From the IMG/VR virus record IMGVR_UViG_3300031088_000796, positions 44-64,043 of that record: 64,000 bases of DNA. One strand, written 5' to 3'. The stretch is from a virus. This document shows positions 57,159 to 64,000 of this stretch, one piece after another. The translations under genes were made by a program, and so were the position numbers. Position 1 is the stretch's first letter. The number at the start of each line of letters is the position of its first letter. The notes beneath the pieces were generated by a model that did no database searches, had not been told where the DNA came from, and saw only the letters and a program-made list of their open reading frames with translations.

Positions 57159-57811
57159 TTAGCGTCCCCCCATAGTTCTGAAGCAATGCTTCGAATTTCT
57201 TCAACAGCCTTATCGTCCAACGTGCTTTCCAGGACGCTGGCGCCGTTCTCATCAGCGTCGTCGTAGATGTTTCTGGCCATTGTGACGGCATCCAGCGTGG
57301 TAATGCCGAACGAACGGCAAATTTCCTTAGCGTCGAGAATGCGGACTACCTGGCTGGGTAATGACGGGCACTGTGTAATCAATGCTCGCACCTGTAGGTT
57401 TGGATTGACTGCGGTGGCCAGCTTTACCAGTTCCGCCACTTTCGGGAGCGTTTTCAGGTCGCGGCGTTTAGGCCTGAAGGGTGTGATCATCAGGTCAGCA
57501 ACCGTCATGGCAGAACGCAGGGCCTCGGAGTCGGCGCCTCCAGTATCCACCATCAGATGGTCATACCGCTTTGCCTGTTCAATTAGCCATTCACGGATGT
57601 TCCCGTGAGCTTTTAGGCGGGGAATGATCCCCGCTGGGTTGGTAGTTCTAAGGCGCTCTTCCCTTTCCGCTGCCCAGTCAAAGCTGGTGCCTTGAGGGTC
57701 TGTGTCGATCAGTACTATGTCGCCACCCGCTTGCTTAATTGCCACCGCAAGGTTTTGCGCTACGCAGCTCTTGCCAACACCGCCCTTTTCGCCTGCCACG
57801 AGAATAATCAT
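57146..57811 (-). CDS. parA: ParA Walker-type partition ATPase (short, type Ib)
   Basis: EKGGVGKS, IDTDPQG, VDTGG, no N-terminal HTH. Confidence 0.93.
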   Translation of the reverse strand: MIILVAGEKGGVGKSCVAQNLAVAIKQAGGDIVLIDTDPQGTSFDWAAEREERLRTTNPAGIIPRLKAHGNIREWLIEQAKRYDHLMVDTGGADSEALRSAMTVADLMITPFRPKRRDLKTLPKVAELVKLATAVNPNLQVRALITQCPSLPSQVVRILDAKEICRSFGITTLDAVTMARNIYDDADENGASVLESTLDDKAVEEIRSIASELWGDAKWQA

Positions 57812-57859
57812 CGGTCACCCCTACGTTAACCAAAGTAAGTATGTTGTTCGCGCTACTTA

Positions 57860-58040
57860 CCGTGTGTCGTGTACGCACGTTGCGCACAGATTATACGGTG
57901 TGTGCATTAAGTAAGGTAGCGAAAGTGAACACGGTATGCAACGTGCGTATGGTGTGTAAGGTGTTCACGTTAAGTATGAAGATCACCGTGCGTAACGTGC
58001 GCACGGTGTTCATTGTGCGTAACGTGTGTAGTGTAAGTGC
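57860..58040. repeat. Degenerate 9-bp-period repeats upstream of parA
   Basis: GTGCGTAAC GTGCGCACG GTGTTCATT GTGCGTAAC GTGTGTAGT; GTGCGTAAA is the reverse complement of the downstream repeat unit. Confidence 0.65.
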
Positions 58041-58188
58041 TGAGTATGGCTAGCAATTACAAGGGATTCCCCAGTTTGATAAGCAACTATTTTTCCTGAG
58101 ATGCGCGGCTTGTTCATGCAAACGGGCTTCAGAAAGCGCTTTATTAGTGCATCAAAATTCAGGTCTGACTATGAAAGGCCTGTAAACC

Positions 58189-60510
58189 ATGCAAATCACT
58201 CCCATAGAGAAAGCCCGCCTCAGTTCACGGTTATTGGCCCTACGCGCAATGCTGGTCGGAGGTGCGCTGAGAGCCTTGGAAAAGGTCCGAGTCAGTGCTG
58301 AGGCTCTGGATATCCGCAAGAGGCTGACCGGCAAAACCGTGGCTGCCCCTGTAGTTGATTCTGAAACCGCTGCCGAGCAGGTAGCTGACGACGGTCTGAG
58401 CGACGACCCCAACAGCCCAAACTACCGCTATGCGGATGTTGGCTACATCCCTGGTAGCCGCAAAGAAGAAGCGGCAGGCGTCATTCGAAAGGCGCGTGCC
58501 GAGGGCCGTATGCTTCGCGGTACCGATATTGACTTCAATGCGATTGAGGAAACCCCGCGTGAGGCCAGGGCCTTGGTGGTCAAGTCCAATCTGTTCGGTG
58601 TGGTCGACTGGGCTGGACTGAGAGCGGGCGGTACAGAACCCGCAGCAGCGTTCCTGATGGACCGGGTGTATGCCTCAATCGCCAAGGAGCCCTCTGAGGA
58701 CAGCGCCCAGGCGCGTCGGGCTTATGTGTTGGGTCTTGAGACGCTGCGCACGCGGTTGGAGCTTTGCAAGACGCCCAAGGAGCTTGTAGCCACGCTGACG
58801 GAGATCCGCGACGAGCTGCTGGGCTCTCAACTCAATGCAGATGAAGCAGAGCGATATCAGGAGATAGGAGACCGAACCCACGCTTTAACCGTCCAAATCC
58901 GTGATATCGAAGCCGAGCAATCGAAGGCTCAAAACGCAATGTATGAGGCGAGCCGCCTCAACAACAAAGCCCAACGAGACCTGGACAACCGTCTGGCTCG
59001 TGGCTGGTCAGTTGGGTCAGAGCACGAAACGGCAGTGAGTGAGGCTGAAAAGGCCTATCGCCAGAGCATGAAAACATGGTCTGACCTCCTTGGTATGAAC
59101 AAGCCTGTGCTGGAGGAATTGAATGCCGCCAGGGCTGCGCTGTATCAGGAACGCGCCGAAATCAAAGGGGTGGCCAAGTCGCGCAACTTGGACTCGCCCA
59201 TCAACCGCGCGTGGATGTCGATGGGTGACAAGTTCGTCAAAGCTCTGATGTTCCGCAGTTCACGAGGCTCCGAAGCCTTCGCCCGTCATGTTTCCAATGC
59301 GCTTTCCGGCGACCCAAAAGACTGGGAGTGGTCAGAAAAGAGCGGACAAGTGATCCAAGGGGCCCCAAAGGAACCGACCAAAAAACGGCAGACGTTCGCG
59401 CTGAAGGTAGTGGATAAGTTCGACCGGAAGGGCGGGCGCCCTATATCAGTCAACTCAACGCTTTCTTTGCAGAAACTGTGTGGTTTTCGCGCGGTTCAGT
59501 CGGGTAACTGGGTGCTGGATGACCGTGACAGTTCCAAATGGCACGTAGAGCAAAGCGCTGGGGCCATGATGGACATGGCCGACGTGCTGGGTATCAGTGA
59601 GGAAAAGCTTGGTTTCGGAGGGCGCTTGGGGCTTGCCTTTGGCGCCCGTGGTAAGGGGGGGAAGGGTGCCGCGACAGCGCACTACGAGCCGATCATGCGA
59701 GCGATCAACATCACCAAGATGAACGGTGGTGGTGGCCTTGGCCATGAGCACCTACATGCGATGGACAACATCCTGCCGGGCCTGTTGCGCGGTGAACCTG
59801 GTGCGGCATCCGAATTTGCAACGGAAAACCCCAACCTGGTACCCGAAGGCCCAATTCGTGACGCTTTCGTCGGCCTCAAACGCGCTCTAACCGAGGGCGA
59901 ACACCGTCTGCCTGAAATCATCAAGTTCACGCCACGCACGTTTGGGAACGCCCGTCTGAACCTGGACAGGCCCAGCAACGAAATTGCGCGCCGGATTAAG
60001 GCTGCTGGTAATGCTGAAGCTGCGGTGAGAGCGGTGGATGACTACTTCGGAGCCAGGGTTGACGCTCGATCGCTCAAGTACAAAAAGAACTGGCGAACGA
60101 TCGCCGCCGCTTATTTCCTGCCAGAAGGTACGACCGATGTGCAGTTGAACACGGGTAGACCTGTGTCGCGATACATGACCGAGGCCATGCTGTTGGATGC
60201 CTCAAAGGAGGGTAAGTACTGGTCATCGGCGCCGGAGTTGGCTGCTCGTGCGTTCCAGTCCTACCTGGAGGACAAATTGGCAACCATGGACCGCCAAAAC
60301 GACTATCTGAGCTGCCTGGCAGACAACAAACACCACTACTTCCCTGAAATGGGTGAGCCCTTCAAGCCTTACCCCGAGGGAGAAGAGCGGGCGCGCATCA
60401 GCGCCGCGTTTGATGAGTTGTTCAAGGCCCTGCGCGATGGCCAGGTGTTTGAGACGGCGCTGGCAAACACCGCGCTGCTGGATTCGATTTTTGGGGGTTG
60501 CGATGAGTAA
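58189..60510 (+). CDS. Large polyvalent protein (LPD1-type C-terminus; Dar/DdrB-related)
   Basis: YADVGYIPGSRKE, FRAVQSGNWV, AHYEP...INITK..GGG.L.HE..HA.D (HExxH), YWS...ELAARAFQSY. Confidence 0.7.
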   Translation: MQITPIEKARLSSRLLALRAMLVGGALRALEKVRVSAEALDIRKRLTGKTVAAPVVDSETAAEQVADDGLSDDPNSPNYRYADVGYIPGSRKEEAAGVIRKARAEGRMLRGTDIDFNAIEETPREARALVVKSNLFGVVDWAGLRAGGTEPAAAFLMDRVYASIAKEPSEDSAQARRAYVLGLETLRTRLELCKTPKELVATLTEIRDELLGSQLNADEAERYQEIGDRTHALTVQIRDIEAEQSKAQNAMYEASRLNNKAQRDLDNRLARGWSVGSEHETAVSEAEKAYRQSMKTWSDLLGMNKPVLEELNAARAALYQERAEIKGVAKSRNLDSPINRAWMSMGDKFVKALMFRSSRGSEAFARHVSNALSGDPKDWEWSEKSGQVIQGAPKEPTKKRQTFALKVVDKFDRKGGRPISVNSTLSLQKLCGFRAVQSGNWVLDDRDSSKWHVEQSAGAMMDMADVLGISEEKLGFGGRLGLAFGARGKGGKGAATAHYEPIMRAINITKMNGGGGLGHEHLHAMDNILPGLLRGEPGAASEFATENPNLVPEGPIRDAFVGLKRALTEGEHRLPEIIKFTPRTFGNARLNLDRPSNEIARRIKAAGNAEAAVRAVDDYFGARVDARSLKYKKNWRTIAAAYFLPEGTTDVQLNTGRPVSRYMTEAMLLDASKEGKYWSSAPELAARAFQSYLEDKLATMDRQNDYLSCLADNKHHYFPEMGEPFKPYPEGEERARISAAFDELFKALRDGQVFETALANTALLDSIFGGCDE

Positions 60511-63500
60511 CTTGAACCAGGCCGGTGCGCTATCGCCGATCGACCGTGCGCGACTGAGCGCCGAGCTGTTGCAGATTCGCGCGAGCCTTTTAGGAGCATC
60601 ACTACCACCGATTGAGCGGGTTCGGTCCAGTGCCCGAGGGTTGGCCATTCGCGCGCAGCTTGGCCAGCCAACGAAACCTGGTGCTGATGAAGGCCAGGCT
60701 GCGTTTGAGAAGGCGCGTCAGTTCTACCAGGAACACCTCAAAGGGCAATTGATTCAGTCTGTGGTGGGGCCGGTGATCGTTAATAGCGCCGGTTGGAAGA
60801 AGTCAAAGCAAGGCATGAAGTCTGACCTGTTGAAAGCCAGGCTGATTGAGTACGTGCGGGAGATCCTGGAAACCGGTACTGCTGGCCAGCGGCAAGAACC
60901 GCACAAAGACCGTAATGACGGGCTTATCGCGTTCTACTTCATTCAGAAACAGGTGCGCGTCGACGACCTGCTGGTGACCGCAGGTGTAACGGTGGCCGAG
61001 GATGCAAAGGGGAACCTGTTTTACAGCATTTCTCATGCAGACAGGGACGCTTGGAAGGCATATAAAAACGGCGTACCGGATTATGCAGGGGTAGGGCCCC
61101 GCTCCGGTGACGCCGATGACGGAATACTTGATGGCCTGCCACAAGTGCAGGAATCAGATGCCGACCAAGACACTGTAGCAGACGATGATATCAATATCAC
61201 CATCCTGGCGGTGGTAGCTGTTGAGTCGAGCGCTGTACCAGTACCGGCATCAAAAGGCGCCCAGGCCATCGCCACAGGTGTATTGCCGCAGAAGAATGGC
61301 GGCGTGCTGGTGGTGGGTGACCCTCAAGCCTTGGATGCCTACGCAAAGACCTACCTAGACCAGGCCAAGTACACCCTGGCCTCCACCGGGTTGCTGCTGA
61401 GTAAAAGTCAGGTGCGCCTGGCGCAATACCTACCCGCCACACAGGAAGTCTTGCCCTCGGGAGCGGTGATCTACACCTACGCGGAGATTGGCGGCGTGTC
61501 GGTGGCCGTTGGACGGGAGTTGTCAGGGATTGCCCGCGACCTGATTGAACTGAAAAGCCTGATGGCCCAGGAATGGGGCCCCGACAAGTTCAAGAGTGTG
61601 TTTGGTGAGGATGCGGCGGCGAAGGACGTGCAGGCCTACCAGGAAGGCCAGGCGGCAATTGCGCAGCGCAAACAGGACAATATCGACGGGGCCGCGCAGG
61701 CGCTGGCGGATCAGAAGCTGGCGCAGGAGTCGGAGAGCGCCAGGGTAGCCGCCGTAGCCGAAGAAACAGCAACGATCCTGAGTCAGCGGGATGCAGACGC
61801 CCGCGCCTACTTCGCAAAGACCCTCGGCGCCGGAAAGTCAGAAAACCCCATTTACCAAGCCTACCTAGACACCCTGGAAGAGTTGCCCACTTACGAGGCG
61901 GGCAACAACGCGGGTTTCTTGGGGTGGGCTGGTATCCGCGCGGGTGAGTTTGAGCGGCAGGGCGGCGGGCGCGTTTCGATGAACCACGATGCTTACCTGG
62001 CCTATGTCCGGGGTTGGGCAGATGAGCACTTGTCTGATCGGGTGAAGGGCCACGCGCGCGGCCAGCCGGAGGAAGCACAGAACACCCCCGGCTCTACAAT
62101 CGAAGCCGTCCAGACCGAGCAGTTGCCCACAACAAGCACGACCGCCCACGAGATCATCGAGTACACCACCAAAGGCAAAGGAAAGGTGCTGCGCGGGATC
62201 ATCCGTACAGACCTTACCCAAGCAGAAGCCAAGGCGATTGACCCCTACACCTGGCGCATGAGCGGCGGTTACTTTATCCGGGAAAAGTACCTCTCTGGCG
62301 ATACCAGCTCTGTGCAGGCCGCCCCGGTGCCGGTTGTGTTGAGCCCTGAACAGGAGGCTGAGAAGCAGGATCGCGACAGACGGGTAGCGCTGGAGCGCCA
62401 ACAACAGGCAATTGCCCACCAGGTGGGAAAGTTACGAGAGGCGGGTAGCAAGGCGATCGCCAGTGGCAGCGAAGGCATGAACGCCGACCGCAAAACCAAT
62501 ACTTCTCGCCGCGCGGGGATGGCTGCCAGTGCCTACGCCCGTGCTGCGTCTGACGAGGCGGAAGGGCAGACCCTGAACAACATCGCTGATGCGATCGAGG
62601 TGGGAGCGGCAGGGCCGCTTGCCAACCTGACCAGTCGTGCGCAACTTCAAGAACTGAAAAAGATCCTCATCCAGGCGAAGTTCGAATCTGAGCGCGGGCT
62701 TACCTACAGTGAGCAGCTGGCGTTGCGTGGTCAGCCGGTGGGAGAAGATGCGTTACGGCACGTCAGTATGCCAAACAGGTTGGTCTGGGCGAGCCGTTAC
62801 AGCAACGCTGCAATGACGTTAGCGAAGAAGGCTCCTACGGGGAACTCCAAGTTGATCGCAGCCTTGAAAAAGCTGGGAGACCGCACTGAACGCTGGCCGC
62901 TGGTTAACGACGGCGATATAGCTATAACCCGCAAGGCCTATCAAGTGTTGGGCACCATCAAAGAGACTTGGGATTTGAAAGATCCCATGGAAATGCTCGC
63001 CAGGGTAGAACGCCTCAAGCGTATGGGGGTCACCAACGAAATGCAGCTCCAGGACGCGTGCCGTGCACTTCTGCCCCATATGGCGGCAAAAAAGGAAGAG
63101 AGTGCTGTAGTGAAGTTGGAGCGGGCAATCATCGGCCAGAAGGTGGGAATCGACTTCTTCCCCACGCCTGCCGCCGAGGCACACCGCATGGCTCGCCTGG
63201 CGCGAATTACCAAGGGTATGCGGGTGTTGGAGCCAAGTGCGGGTAATGGCAACCTGGCGGATGCGGCTGCGGCAGCTGGTGGCGAAGTGGACGTGATTGA
63301 GATCAGTAGCCAGCTGCGCGACATTCTCACCGCCAAGGGTTACACCGTCGTGGCGCAGGACTTCAACAGTTTCACGCCGGACGAGCCCTACCAGGCGATT
63401 CTTATGAATCCACCGTTCTCTAAACGCCAGGATGCTGAGCACATCATGCGTGCGTTCGGCATGTTGGCCAATGGCGGGACATTGGTTGCAATCGCAGGGG

Positions 63501-63661
63501 AGGGCGTGTTTTTCGGGCAGGACCAAAAGGCTGTGCAGTTCCGCGCCTGGCTCGACTCTCACAATGCCGACGTCGAAAAGCTGGGTGAAGGAACGTTCCA
63601 AGACAACGCACTTTTGGCGCAAACATCGGTAAATGCGCGGCTGATTGTGCTGCACAAATAG
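60503..63661 (+). CDS. DarB-related polyvalent protein with C-terminal amino-methyltransferase
   Basis: DFFPTP...RVLEPSAGNG...DVIE...ILMNPPF; LPD3-like N-terminal region; ATG 60503 overlaps the previous stop. Confidence 0.8.
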   Translation: MSNLNQAGALSPIDRARLSAELLQIRASLLGASLPPIERVRSSARGLAIRAQLGQPTKPGADEGQAAFEKARQFYQEHLKGQLIQSVVGPVIVNSAGWKKSKQGMKSDLLKARLIEYVREILETGTAGQRQEPHKDRNDGLIAFYFIQKQVRVDDLLVTAGVTVAEDAKGNLFYSISHADRDAWKAYKNGVPDYAGVGPRSGDADDGILDGLPQVQESDADQDTVADDDINITILAVVAVESSAVPVPASKGAQAIATGVLPQKNGGVLVVGDPQALDAYAKTYLDQAKYTLASTGLLLSKSQVRLAQYLPATQEVLPSGAVIYTYAEIGGVSVAVGRELSGIARDLIELKSLMAQEWGPDKFKSVFGEDAAAKDVQAYQEGQAAIAQRKQDNIDGAAQALADQKLAQESESARVAAVAEETATILSQRDADARAYFAKTLGAGKSENPIYQAYLDTLEELPTYEAGNNAGFLGWAGIRAGEFERQGGGRVSMNHDAYLAYVRGWADEHLSDRVKGHARGQPEEAQNTPGSTIEAVQTEQLPTTSTTAHEIIEYTTKGKGKVLRGIIRTDLTQAEAKAIDPYTWRMSGGYFIREKYLSGDTSSVQAAPVPVVLSPEQEAEKQDRDRRVALERQQQAIAHQVGKLREAGSKAIASGSEGMNADRKTNTSRRAGMAASAYARAASDEAEGQTLNNIADAIEVGAAGPLANLTSRAQLQELKKILIQAKFESERGLTYSEQLALRGQPVGEDALRHVSMPNRLVWASRYSNAAMTLAKKAPTGNSKLIAALKKLGDRTERWPLVNDGDIAITRKAYQVLGTIKETWDLKDPMEMLARVERLKRMGVTNEMQLQDACRALLPHMAAKKEESAVVKLERAIIGQKVGIDFFPTPAAEAHRMARLARITKGMRVLEPSAGNGNLADAAAAAGGEVDVIEISSQLRDILTAKGYTVVAQDFNSFTPDEPYQAILMNPPFSKRQDAEHIMRAFGMLANGGTLVAIAGEGVFFGQDQKAVQFRAWLDSHNADVEKLGEGTFQDNALLAQTSVNARLIVLHK

Positions 63662-63778
63662 CGTGCCGCTGGCGTGAAAACCAAGCAAACCCCCTTAAGT
63701 TAGGGGGCTTTGGCGAACTTACCATTAATTCCGAAATGTACAGGGCGCTGCCCACCATCAGGAATGAGGTAAAACGCT

Positions 63779-64000
63779 ATGCCTAATATTTACGCGCCCG
63801 AAACTACGTTGGCGTCGGATGAGCAAAAGGTCACCGAGTTGCTGAAGCTGAGCCGCGCAAACGGCTCGATGCTTGATAGCGCGTCTCCGACCGCCGTTAC
63901 CGCGATCGGCGAAGCACTGCAAAACCCGGATGACCTACTTCCGGCCCGCATGGCACCGTTGATGGCAATCGTTGACGAAAAGCACCGTCCAATGGTCTTG
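63779..64000 (+). CDS. Probable major capsid protein precursor, N-terminal part (truncated by window)
   Basis: GAGG RBS; MPNIYAPETTLASDEQKV...GSMLDSA; open to the end of the window. Identity is inferred from context and the MLDS-bearing propeptide. Confidence 0.5.
   Translation, partial: MPNIYAPETTLASDEQKVTELLKLSRANGSMLDSASPTAVTAIGEALQNPDDLLPARMAPLMAIVDEKHRPMVL

Larger units (their letters stand above)
1..64000. mobile_element. P1-like phage-plasmid (partial; continues beyond both ends)
   Basis: Terminase, portal, protease, baseplate, fibres, PAAR and DarA/Hdf-type proteins occur together with two plasmid Rep genes, iterons, ParA, a TA pair and a resolvase; no integrase or host housekeeping genes. 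Confidence 0.9.

Noticed and set aside
57841-58053. 70-aa ORF with V-x-x tripeptide periodicity
   Set aside because: The periodicity is explained by the 9-bp DNA repeats in the parA promoter region, and no RBS is evident.
62819-63688. 289-aa minus-strand ORF, and similar long antisense ORFs at 6239, 21128, 30397 and 49153
   Set aside because: Each lies opposite a well-supported + strand gene; typical high-GC shadow frames.
1-64000. CRISPR array
   Set aside because: The only regularly spaced repeats are iterons, 9-bp tandem units, and leaders separated by whole ORFs of 200-260 bp. There is no constant-length spacer array and no cas gene.
1-64000. tRNA or rRNA genes
   Set aside because: No cloverleaf with T-loop/D-loop consensus and no rRNA-like sequence recognised.

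Overview
The whole window reads as one P1-like phage-plasmid (contractile-tailed, no integrase seen), probably from Pseudomonas (inferred from gene content: RsmA/CsrA, YejK, pyocin-like toxin). Order: ColE2-type primase-replicase, a long + strand block of early/accessory genes (Ref nuclease, YejK, C5 methyltransferase, CsrA), XRE regulator, small and large terminase, an accessory island (ParDE, serine resolvase, repeat-delimited small ORFs, SOS-box Ntox44 bacteriocin), portal, prohead protease, GH19 tape measure, baseplate, two tail-fibre/chaperone pairs, spike and PAAR, Hdf-like protein, SNF2 helicase, a second iteron replicon, a DarA fusion, ParA/RHH partition with 9-bp repeats, two polyvalent Dar-type proteins, and the start of the probable major capsid gene. 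Sheath, tube and lysis genes are not visible and may lie outside the window. Most striking unexplained structure: the intact terminase large subunit is bracketed by two intact ORFs that look like catalytically dead copies of its ATPase domain (upstream) and nuclease domain (downstream). Family assignments come from motif recognition by eye; no searches were run.
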